Below are positions 1 through 8,037 of a DNA stretch of 35,847 nucleotides, in pieces; the stretch's first letter is position 1; the number at the start of each line of letters is the position of its first letter. The position numbers and the translations under genes are program-made. The stretch is from the NCBI GenBank assembly GCA_964527285.1, contig CAZGNQ010000002.1, positions 1 to 35,847 on the forward strand, given 5' to 3'. The DNA comes from an uncultured Hyphomicrobiales bacterium. Lineage in GTDB: Bacteria; Pseudomonadota; Alphaproteobacteria; Rhizobiales; CAZGNQ01. The notes beneath the pieces were generated by a model, which worked only from the letters and a program-made list of their open reading frames with translations, was not told where the DNA came from and made no database searches.

Positions 1-1518
1 ATGTTCTGCTATCGCCGCCACGGGCACAACGAGGGCGACGAGCCGTCGTTCACGCAGCCGCTGATGTACAAGAACATTCGCTCCCACCCGCGGACGTCGG
101 AGATTTATGCGGGGCGGCTCGTGTCAGAAGGTGTGCTGACCGGCGAGGAGGTCGACGGCATCCGCAAGTCGTTCCGCGACATGCTGGACGAGGAATTCAA
201 GGCCGGCGAGGATTACCGCCCCAACAAGGCGGACTGGCTGGACGGCCGCTGGTCGGCCATCGGCTTTGCTGACGATGGCGCGCGCCGCGGCAACACCGGC
301 GTTGACGTCGATGTGCTCAAGGATATCGGGACGCGCCTGACCACGATGCCCAACACGCTCAGCGTGCACAAAACAATCCAGCGCCTCATCAAGCGCCGCC
401 GTGAAATGGCGGAAGGCTCCGTGCCGGTGGACTGGGCCATGGCGGAGCACCTGGCGTTTGGCACGCTGATGCGCGAAGGCTATCCGGTGCGCCTTTCCGG
501 CCAGGATTCAGAGCGTGGCACCTTTTCTCAGCGCCACTCCGTCATCACCGACCAGGAGACGGAAGAAAAATACGTCCCGCTCAAACACGTTTCCCCGGAC
601 CAGGGTCGGTTTGAGGTCATCAACTCCATGTTGTCCGAAGAGGCCGTGCTCGGCTTTGAGTACGGCTACTCACTGGCTGAACCGATGGGATTGATCCTGT
701 GGGAAGCGCAGTTTGGCGACTTTGCCAACGGCGCCCAGGTGGTCGTCGACCAGTTCATCTCTTCCGGCGAGAGCAAGTGGCTACGGATGTCGGGGCTCGT
801 GATGCTCCTGCCGCATGGCTACGAGGGGCAAGGTCCAGAGCACTCATCGGCCCGGCTGGAGCGCTATCTGCAGTTGTGCGCGGAAGACAACATGCAGGTG
901 GTGAACTGCACAACGCCGGCCAATTACTTCCACGTTCTGCGCCGCCAGATGCACCGCAAGTTCCGCAAGCCGCTCATCATCATGACGCCGAAGTCCCTGC
1001 TGCGCCACAAGCGGGTGATCTCATACATGGATGAAATGGGGCCATCATCGTCGTTCCATCGCATTTTCTGGGACGATGCGCAGCCAAACGCGCACAGCGT
1101 GGCGCCGGGCCTGAGTGTGGAACTCAAGCCCGATGCGGAGATCAAGCGTGTCGTCCTGTGCTCGGGCAAGGTCTACTATGACCTGCTCGATGAACGCGAA
1201 AAAATGGGCATTGGCGACGTCTACTTGATGCGTCTTGAGCAGCTTTATCCCTTCCCGAGTGCAGCAATGATCGAGGAACTCGGCCGCTTTCCAAACGCCG
1301 ATGTCATCTGGTGCCAGGAAGAGCCCAAGAACCAGGGTGCCTGGACATTCGTGAGCCCGCATATCGATTGGGTGCTGGAGCACATCGGGCGTCAGGGCAT
1401 GCGGGCGCGCTACGTTGGCCGGGCCGCATCCGCATCGACGGCGACGGGCAGTTTCGCCCGGCACCAGCAGGAGCAAAAGGCGCTGGTTGAGGAGTCACTC
1501 ACGCTGGACGAAGCCTGA
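1..1518 (+). CDS. sucA: 2-oxoglutarate dehydrogenase E1 component (5'-truncated by window edge)
   Basis: Motifs CYRRHGHNEGDEPSFTQP, RLSGQDSERGTFSQRH, WEAQFGDFANGAQ, LPHGYEGQGPEHSSARLERYLQLCAEDN, WCQEEPKNQGAW; followed by sucB and lpdA. Confidence 0.98.
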   Translation: MFCYRRHGHNEGDEPSFTQPLMYKNIRSHPRTSEIYAGRLVSEGVLTGEEVDGIRKSFRDMLDEEFKAGEDYRPNKADWLDGRWSAIGFADDGARRGNTGVDVDVLKDIGTRLTTMPNTLSVHKTIQRLIKRRREMAEGSVPVDWAMAEHLAFGTLMREGYPVRLSGQDSERGTFSQRHSVITDQETEEKYVPLKHVSPDQGRFEVINSMLSEEAVLGFEYGYSLAEPMGLILWEAQFGDFANGAQVVVDQFISSGESKWLRMSGLVMLLPHGYEGQGPEHSSARLERYLQLCAEDNMQVVNCTTPANYFHVLRRQMHRKFRKPLIIMTPKSLLRHKRVISYMDEMGPSSSFHRIFWDDAQPNAHSVAPGLSVELKPDAEIKRVVLCSGKVYYDLLDEREKMGIGDVYLMRLEQLYPFPSAAMIEELGRFPNADVIWCQEEPKNQGAWTFVSPHIDWVLEHIGRQGMRARYVGRAASASTATGSFARHQQEQKALVEESLTLDEA

Positions 1519-1533
1519 CGCCGCACTGACAAA

Positions 1534-1555
1534 GGAGCGGCGCCTGCGCCGTTCC
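1534..1555 (+). other. Intercistronic stem-loop between sucA and sucB
   Basis: GGAGCGGCG-cctg-CGCCGTTCC, a 9-bp stem with one G-U pair; no U-tract, so an mRNA stability/processing hairpin is more likely than a terminator. Confidence 0.4.
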
Positions 1556-1701
1556 GCCTTGATGACGTGGCCGATTGATCTCATGACGGGGCTGCAATCT
1601 GCCGCGTTTGGGGCCAAGGCCTTGCCCGAATGCAACATCCGCCCCGTGCAGCTCAGGCTATGGCACGGCGCCGCGACCTGAAGACGGCCGGAGAGGGACC
1701 C

Positions 1702-3030
1702 ATGTCGATTGAAATCAAGGTGCCAACGCTGGGTGAGTCCGTGGCGGAGGCGACGGTCGGGCAGTGGTTCAAGAAAGCCGGTGACAGCGTGGCCGCCGAC
1801 GAACCGTTGGTTGAACTTGAAACCGACAAGGTGACGGTTGAGGTCAATGCCCCGTCCGCTGGTGTCCTGGCGGACATCAAGGTGGGCGAGGGTGACACCG
1901 TCGAGGTGGGCGCGCTACTCGGCTTCCTTGAGGAGGGCGAAGGCGCGGCCGCTGCCAGCGCTTCGGGTGGCACGGCGTCCGACCAACAGGCGTCCTCAGC
2001 GCCGGCACAAGCCGCTTCACCCGCGGCGGCTCAGGCCGCGGCTGCAAGGCAATCCAACGGCGCGGCCCCTGGCGCAACCGATATGCCGCCCGCACCCAGC
2101 GCCAAGAAGATGCTGGCCGAGGCCGGCATCGATCCGGCCAATGTGGAAGGCTCAGGGCGTCGTGGCCAGGTTCTGAAAGAGGACGCGCAGCGCGCCATCG
2201 CAGGCGGTGCCACGGGTGGCGCTGGCGCCGGCGCGGTGCCACAAGGCGTGCCGGCGTCCGCTTTCGCCGGTCTTGCCCCAACCGCCACGCCATCACAGCA
2301 GGCCCGCCAGGCACCCGGCGATGACGACGCGTCACGCGAAGAGCGGGTGCGCATGTCGAAACTGCGCCAGACGATCGCGCGGCGCCTGAAGGACGCGCAA
2401 AACACCGCCGCGATGCTCACGACGTTCAACGATGTCGACATGGGCGCGATCATGGACCTGCGCAACGCATACAAGGCGCAGTTCGAAAAGCGCCACGGCG
2501 TGAAGCTGGGCTTCATGGGCTTCTTCGTCAAAGCCTGCCTGCAGGCGTTGCAGGAAGTGCCTGCCGTGAATGCCGAGATCGACGGCACGGACCTCATCTA
2601 CAAGAACTACTATCACATCGGCGTGGCCGTCGGCACCGATAAGGGGCTTGTGGTCCCCGTCATCCGTGATGCCGACCGCATGAGCCTTGCGGAGATCGAA
2701 AAAGAGATCGGCGCGTTGGGCCTGAAAGCGCGCGACGGCAAGCTCGGCATCGCCGACATGCAGGGCGGCACGTTCACAATCTCCAACGGCGGTGTTTATG
2801 GATCGCTGCTGTCAACGCCGATCCTGAACGCACCGCAGTCCGGCATTCTGGGCATGCACCGCATCGAGCAGCGGCCGGTGGTGCGCGATGGGCAGGTCGT
2901 GCCGCGCCCGATGATGTACCTCGCGATGTCGTACGACCACCGGATCGTGGACGGCAAAGAGGCCGTGACTTTCCTGGTGCGCATCAAGGAGGCGCTGGAA
3001 GATCCGCAGCGTCTGTTGCTGGACGTGTGA
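1702..3030 (+). CDS. sucB: Dihydrolipoyllysine-residue succinyltransferase (E2)
   Basis: Lipoyl domain [18 protein letters not shown]...[12 protein letters not shown]3-binding motif [12 protein letters not shown], catalytic [12 protein letters not shown]. Start placed at ATG 1702 after GGAGAGGG. Confidence 0.98.
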   Translation: MSIEIKVPTLGESVAEATVGQWFKKAGDSVAADEPLVELETDKVTVEVNAPSAGVLADIKVGEGDTVEVGALLGFLEEGEGAAAASASGGTASDQQASSAPAQAASPAAAQAAAARQSNGAAPGATDMPPAPSAKKMLAEAGIDPANVEGSGRRGQVLKEDAQRAIAGGATGGAGAGAVPQGVPASAFAGLAPTATPSQQARQAPGDDDASREERVRMSKLRQTIARRLKDAQNTAAMLTTFNDVDMGAIMDLRNAYKAQFEKRHGVKLGFMGFFVKACLQALQEVPAVNAEIDGTDLIYKNYYHIGVAVGTDKGLVVPVIRDADRMSLAEIEKEIGALGLKARDGKLGIADMQGGTFTISNGGVYGSLLSTPILNAPQSGILGMHRIEQRPVVRDGQVVPRPMMYLAMSYDHRIVDGKEAVTFLVRIKEALEDPQRLLLDV

Positions 3031-3576
3031 CGACCGAAGCGCGTGGTCGAAGGCTGCGCGCACTGGTGACGCGGCGGCCGACCAGAGTGAAGCGATACGC
3101 TTGAGCAGGGACGGTGGCTGATGTTGCGCAAGGTCGTACGCTGGCTGACAGGCCAGGATCGCGCCAACAGCAGACCGCCGGCCGGCGCATCGGGCAGTGA
3201 GGCCATCCTGCCTGGCGATGGCAAGGCACCGCATGGTGCCGCTCAGTCCATCACCACAGCCAACACGCATGCCGGGCGCATGGCCGTTCCTGCCCGCGCT
3301 GAGCCAAGTGCGCACGCTAATCCGAGGTCGCGCTCTAAGCCGACTGCGCACGCTGGGGCAGAAGTCGCGGCGGACGAGCCGCCAATGTCACAGGACATTG
3401 CGGGCGGGAGCTCAAATGACGATCTCCCCAGCACGCCCGTAATGGGCAGCGCTGACAGCACAGCGGAGCCCACCCCATCAGGTCAGGACGCCCCAACGGC
3501 GGCCGGCGCCATGCCGGTTTCCGCATCGACGTCCCCCCCACGCAAGCCCTCGTCTGATCCAGAAAGGTCCACACCC

Positions 3577-5004
3577 ATGGCCGATGCCGCCCCCCAGAAC
3601 TTCGACATGGTTGTCATCGGCACCGGCCCGGGCGGCTACGTGTGCGCGATCCGCGCCGCTCAACTCGGCATGTCCGTTGCGGTGGTGGAAAAGCGCGATG
3701 CCCACGGCGGCACGTGTCTCAACGTGGGCTGCATCCCCTCCAAGGCCCTGCTGCACGCCTCTGAGCTTTTCGAAGAGGCTGGCCACGGATTTGAGGACAT
3801 GGGCATCACGGCCACGCCCGCTCTCGACCTCAAGAAGATGATGGCCTTCAAGGACGAAGGCATCGACGGCAACACGCAAGGCATCGATTACCTGTTTAAG
3901 AAGAACAAGATCACGCCCTTCATCGGCACAGGCCAGATCACCGCGCAGGGCGAGGTGACCGTCAGCCCAAGCGGCGCCAACGGTTCCGCAGAGCCGCAAG
4001 TGCTCAACGCCAAGCACATCGTCATCGCAACGGGCTCCGACGTCGCTCGCCTTCCGGGCATTGAGATCGACGAAAAGCGCATCGTCTCCTCAACCGGCGC
4101 GCTGGAGCTGGAGACGGTGCCGGACCATCTGGTGGTCATCGGCGGCGGCATCATCGGCCTGGAGCTGGGCTCGGGCTGGCGCCGGCTGGGCGCGAAGGTG
4201 ACCGTGGTTGAGTTTCTTGACCGGATCACGCCGACGGAGGATGCCGAGGTCGCTAAGAAGTTCATGCAGATCCTGAAAAAGCAGGGCATGGACTTCATGC
4301 TCGGCCACAAGGTGACAGAGGCGACGGCCGGCGAAGGCAGCGTGACGTTGAAGATCGAGCCCAGCGCCGGCGGCGACGCCCAGACGATGCAGGCCGACGT
4401 GGTTCTGGTGGCGGTGGGCCGAACGCCCTACACCGAAGGCTTGGGCCTTGAAGCCGTGGGCGTGCAGAAAGACAATCGCGGCCGGGTGATGGTCGATAAG
4501 CACTTCCGCACGAATGTGGAAGGCATCTATGCGATCGGCGACGTGATCGTCGGGCCGATGCTGGCCCACAAGGCCGAGGAAGAGGGCGTGGCGCTGGCCG
4601 AGACGCTGGCAGGCCAGGCCGGTCACGTGAACTACGGCGTCATTCCGTCGGTGATCTACACCTACCCTGAGGTCGCCTCTGTCGGGCGGACCGAAGAAGC
4701 CCTGAAAGAGGCGGGCATCAAGTACCGCAAGGGCTCGTTCCCGTTCATGGCCAACGGACGCGCCAAGGTGAACCGCCAGACGGATGGCTTCGTGAAGGTG
4801 CTGGCGGACGCTGCGACAGACCGCATCCTGGGCGTGCACATCGTGGGCCCGCAGGCCGGCAACATGATCGCTGAGGCGGCTGTCATCATGGAGTTCGGCG
4901 GCTCGGCGGAGGATCTGGCGCGCACCTGCCACGCCCACCCGACGCTGACGGAAGCGGTGAAAGAAGCCGCCCTCGCCGTCGATGGCCGCGCCCTGCACAT
5001 GTGA
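3577..5004 (+). CDS. lpdA: Dihydrolipoyl dehydrogenase (E3); frame is open upstream to ATG 3121
   Basis: FAD motif [11 protein letters not shown], redox disulfide [16 protein letters not shown] motif GGGIIGLE, C-terminal [12 protein letters not shown] 3577 is preceded by AGAAAGG. Confidence 0.97.
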   Translation: MADAAPQNFDMVVIGTGPGGYVCAIRAAQLGMSVAVVEKRDAHGGTCLNVGCIPSKALLHASELFEEAGHGFEDMGITATPALDLKKMMAFKDEGIDGNTQGIDYLFKKNKITPFIGTGQITAQGEVTVSPSGANGSAEPQVLNAKHIVIATGSDVARLPGIEIDEKRIVSSTGALELETVPDHLVVIGGGIIGLELGSGWRRLGAKVTVVEFLDRITPTEDAEVAKKFMQILKKQGMDFMLGHKVTEATAGEGSVTLKIEPSAGGDAQTMQADVVLVAVGRTPYTEGLGLEAVGVQKDNRGRVMVDKHFRTNVEGIYAIGDVIVGPMLAHKAEEEGVALAETLAGQAGHVNYGVIPSVIYTYPEVASVGRTEEALKEAGIKYRKGSFPFMANGRAKVNRQTDGFVKVLADAATDRILGVHIVGPQAGNMIAEAAVIMEFGGSAEDLARTCHAHPTLTEAVKEAALAVDGRALHM

Positions 5005-5071
5005 CATTCAGTCAGAGACATTGAACAGAAGGCCGACCCGCCGTTCACTTGCACGCACCTGGAGCCAGAGG

Positions 5072-6076
5072 GTGACGCCAGACAGCAAGTTGAAAAATCT
5101 AAGAGCCCTCCAGGATCGCATCGGCGAGCTTTTTGCCCAGAAAGCACGTGCGATGGGTGCGTCGACCAATCTTGTGAGCGGCGCAATGATCCTGGGTGGT
5201 GCGGCACTGGCGGGCCTCGCGCCGTACATCGGACCCGCTGGCCCTGATACACTTCCATGGGGTACTGTTGGCGGTATTCTTGGCGCAACTCTCGCTTTCC
5301 TTGGAGGTGCATGGTCGCTCTTCAATGACCAAACCGCACCGACAGCTTTGGAAGAGGCACGCAAAGCGCTGGATGCCGCAGTTGAGGCAGAGACTACAAA
5401 CCAGAAGAGAGCGGCTGAACTACAGCAACTTGAAGAGCAATTCGTTCTTGAAGGTGCACAATGGGAGCGCTTTTCCGAATGGCAAGCCTTATTCATCTCC
5501 ACCACAATGACGCTGATCGAAGGCGTTGAGAATCTTGTGACAAGAGGAGGTGCGCCAGACGAGACGACGGTTCAAAAACTTGTTGATCTTGAGTCACTCA
5601 ACCTCACACGGCTTCTCCGTTTCAAGGCTGGAGAGTACTGGACACTTGCGGTCTACAAGTATGACACAACCGAGGACTGTCTTGAATGCGTCGCACACAT
5701 GCGGGCACACCGCGGAGACGAGCGAAATACGCACCGCACCTGGGCAGTTGGAGAGGGGATTGCGGGCCAATGTTTCCAGCTCGCAAACGAACTTGTTGTG
5801 GCTGATCTCACAGACCAACAGCAGGCATCCTGGCTGTATCTGCGTGAAGAGAACCAACGCCCCGACGACCATCGGAAATACAGATCGTGTGCGGCTGTCC
5901 CAGTGATGCCTGGCGCATCAAATCAATGCTGGGGCGTTGTAATCACAAACAGTGATCAGGCTGGACGGTTTCAGCCGGAGGCAGATGGTTTGGTTCAACA
6001 TAACCTTTTGCCCGTTCGGATCCTCGCCATGCTTTTGGCGATTATTGTGTCAAACAGCCAGCGTGGCACGGCATAG
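5072..6076 (+). CDS. Uncharacterised membrane protein: two N-terminal TM helices, coiled coil, C-terminal GAF-like domain
   Basis: Hydrophobic LVSGAMILGGAALAGLAPYIG and WGTVGGILGATLAFLGGAWSLF; helical ALEEARKALDAAVEAE...ELQQLEEQF; GAF-type GEGIAGQCF..ELVVADL, YRSCAAVPV, WGVVITNSDQAGRF. Start uncertain (GTG 5072 after GGAG; ATG 5153 alternative). Confidence 0.75.
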   Translation: MTPDSKLKNLRALQDRIGELFAQKARAMGASTNLVSGAMILGGAALAGLAPYIGPAGPDTLPWGTVGGILGATLAFLGGAWSLFNDQTAPTALEEARKALDAAVEAETTNQKRAAELQQLEEQFVLEGAQWERFSEWQALFISTTMTLIEGVENLVTRGGAPDETTVQKLVDLESLNLTRLLRFKAGEYWTLAVYKYDTTEDCLECVAHMRAHRGDERNTHRTWAVGEGIAGQCFQLANELVVADLTDQQQASWLYLREENQRPDDHRKYRSCAAVPVMPGASNQCWGVVITNSDQAGRFQPEADGLVQHNLLPVRILAMLLAIIVSNSQRGTA

Positions 6077-6087
6077 TGCCGACGTAC

Positions 6088-6116
6088 CTTGACACCAAGC
6101 TCTTCTGTGGCGAAAT
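6088..6116 (+). promoter_or_regulatory. Candidate sigma70 promoter for the small ORF
   Basis: CTTGAC (6088-6093), 17 nt, CGAAAT (6111-6116); perfect TTGACA -35 and a 4/6 match to the rhizobial CTATAT -10. Confidence 0.45.
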
Positions 6117-6143
6117 TAGTGATTCGATTGACGGAGTAGATCC

Positions 6144-6344
6144 ATGGAAAATAAGATTTCGCCACAGCCATCGACAGAACAGGTGGCAACATCTGCTGTG
6201 GCAGATATCAATCGGCGCATCGAACAGCTTGTAGATCTAGCAATCAACGGAACGGATGACGAGCGGGGTCAAGCAAAGAAGGATCTGCACTATGCCACAC
6301 AAGACCGTGCCCAGCTGTTGAGCAAGCGTCCCAGGTGGCTCTGA
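6144..6344 (+). CDS. Small hypothetical protein (66 aa, probably helical)
   Basis: ATG with GGAG at 6133-6136, candidate promoter upstream, same lower-GC composition as the preceding gene, no overlap with neighbours. Confidence 0.65.
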   Translation: MENKISPQPSTEQVATSAVADINRRIEQLVDLAINGTDDERGQAKKDLHYATQDRAQLLSKRPRWL

Positions 6345-6400
6345 CCGTACTTCACGAAACGCACGCTAACCGGCTGGGCCGCCCGACGGTGCGCGCTTGG

Positions 6401-6436
6401 CGACCGAGCCGCTCGTGCCGACCGAGCCACGCGTGG
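6401..6436. repeat. Imperfect 18-bp tandem duplication
   Basis: CGACCGAGCCGCTCGTGC followed directly by CGACCGAGCCACGCGTGG (15/18 identical). Confidence 0.6.
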
Positions 6437-6445
6437 CAGGTCACC

Positions 6446-6493
6446 CCCGCGCCGACAACCACAGGGCCTGAAAAGGCCGTGGCGGTGGGCGGG
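6446..6493. terminator. Hairpin between convergent genes (possible terminator or stabiliser)
   Basis: GGCCT-GAAA-AGGCC core (6465-6478) extended by CCAC/GTGG and CCCGC/GCGGG; no clear U-tract. Confidence 0.4.
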
Positions 6494-6519
6494 CTGTAGC
6501 GGCTCAATGGGCTGCGGCT

Positions 6520-7839
6520 TCAGCCTTTTTTCACGTAGACGCTGGGGTAGATGCCTTCGCGAATTTTCGCGGCACGGCGACGCGCCTCTTCCAGCGTGAA
6601 GGGGCCTTCCACCACAGTCCAGTACCCGTCACGCAGGTTGGAATAGTTGTCGGTCTTGATGACATACGTCTCAAGGCCTCGGCGATTGACCCGGCGCGAC
6701 TCACGCCGTGCCAGCCCACGCCGCGCCAATCCGTACGACCCCAGAATGACAAAATAGTCACCGAGCTTCTGCGCATCCGGCAGGCGCACGGCGCTCGGCG
6801 CGTCGTCATCATCATCGTCTGCGCGCACCGCCCGGGTGGCCACTTGCTGGTTGCCCGATGAGCCACCCGCCGCCTTTTCTGCTGCGGCAGCCTTGGCGCT
6901 TTCGGCAAAGACCGTTTCACTGTAGCGGTCCGCAAACGCGTTCAAGGTCGCCTCGTCGCCGTGCTGCTGCACCGCGCTGTAGACCTTGGCGACCTCGCCC
7001 AACTCGCGTTTCTCGCCGGGGGCAGCACCGCCGCCATCGCCCGCGGCCGCGCCGCCATCGTCGTGGAAATAAAACGGACGGGTGAACTTGGAGATGTGCC
7101 AGGGGAACTGGCGTCCCTCCATCGCGGCGTAGACGTCAAACTTTACGTCATCGAACAGCACGGTGGCGCGGCGGCGCTGCTGATCGATGAGCTGGGTCGC
7201 CAGTGCCGACGCGTAGGGCCCATTCACGCCCGAGCCGTCGTAAGCCACCTGCCCGACGTCAGTGGAAAAGGCGATTAGCACACCAGGACGTTGCTGCTCG
7301 GCAAAAAACCCGCCGCCGCCGCGCGTGCCCATGCGCAACTCCGAGCGGCAGGCGTCGAACACCAACACATGCAGCGCGTCAGGCGCTGCCCGCTGGACCT
7401 CGGACACAATGTCAGACAGCGCCACGGCGCTATACCAGACGTCATCATCCATGCGCGCGACATCGACCGGGATCAGGTAGTTCTTCTGCGTGTCAGGGTT
7501 CGCGAGGCCGTGGCCGGCGTAATACAAAAAACCCACCGTGTTGGCCCGCGTGGCCGGGTCCGCCTGGGCGGCGCGTAAGCGTGCAGCGTGACGCCCGACC
7601 GCTTTCAGCAGTTCGATACGACTGACATTGCGCACAATTTCGATGTTTTCGCGCTTGAAGCCGGCCAGTGAAAGCGCGCCTTCCATCAATTCTGCATCAG
7701 CAACCGCATTGCGCAACGGGGCGACCTGATCGCTGTAGGCGCCATTGCCGATCACCAGCGCGAACTTTTCAGCCGAAGCTGGCGTGATGCCGAGGAGACC
7801 CGAAACCAGTATGGCCAATGCAAATCCCAACACGCGCAT
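6520..7839 (-). CDS. Exported caspase-family (peptidase C14) protein with C-terminal SPOR-like domain
   Basis: Signal peptide MRVLGFALAILVSGLLGITPASA; FALVIGNGAY, LRNAVADA, catalytic YYAGHG and FDACR; C-terminal YFVILGSY...YWTVVEGPFTLEEA...YVKK is SPOR-like. SD GGGAG upstream of ATG 7839. Confidence 0.85.
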   Translation of the reverse strand: MRVLGFALAILVSGLLGITPASAEKFALVIGNGAYSDQVAPLRNAVADAELMEGALSLAGFKRENIEIVRNVSRIELLKAVGRHAARLRAAQADPATRANTVGFLYYAGHGLANPDTQKNYLIPVDVARMDDDVWYSAVALSDIVSEVQRAAPDALHVLVFDACRSELRMGTRGGGGFFAEQQRPGVLIAFSTDVGQVAYDGSGVNGPYASALATQLIDQQRRRATVLFDDVKFDVYAAMEGRQFPWHISKFTRPFYFHDDGGAAAGDGGGAAPGEKRELGEVAKVYSAVQQHGDEATLNAFADRYSETVFAESAKAAAAEKAAGGSSGNQQVATRAVRADDDDDDAPSAVRLPDAQKLGDYFVILGSYGLARRGLARRESRRVNRRGLETYVIKTDNYSNLRDGYWTVVEGPFTLEEARRRAAKIREGIYPSVYVKKG

Positions 7840-8037
7840 GGATATTTTCTCCCGTGACCGTATTCCGCCCCTGACCACCATACGCGGCGGCACTGCGGAT
7901 AACCTCCTGCAAACAGATAAACGGATAACCGGTCAACGTGAATGCCGCCGCGCTTTCATTCTCCGCCAGGACCACAAAGCAGGCCCTTTCGAGCCAGCCG
8001 ATGCAGGGCGGTGGGAGCACTGCATCGCGACGCAGCA

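Noticed and set aside
4171-4179. LpdA GSGW in place of the usual GSVW
   Set aside because: Single-base difference outside the catalytic motifs; cannot be distinguished from an error or neutral variant.
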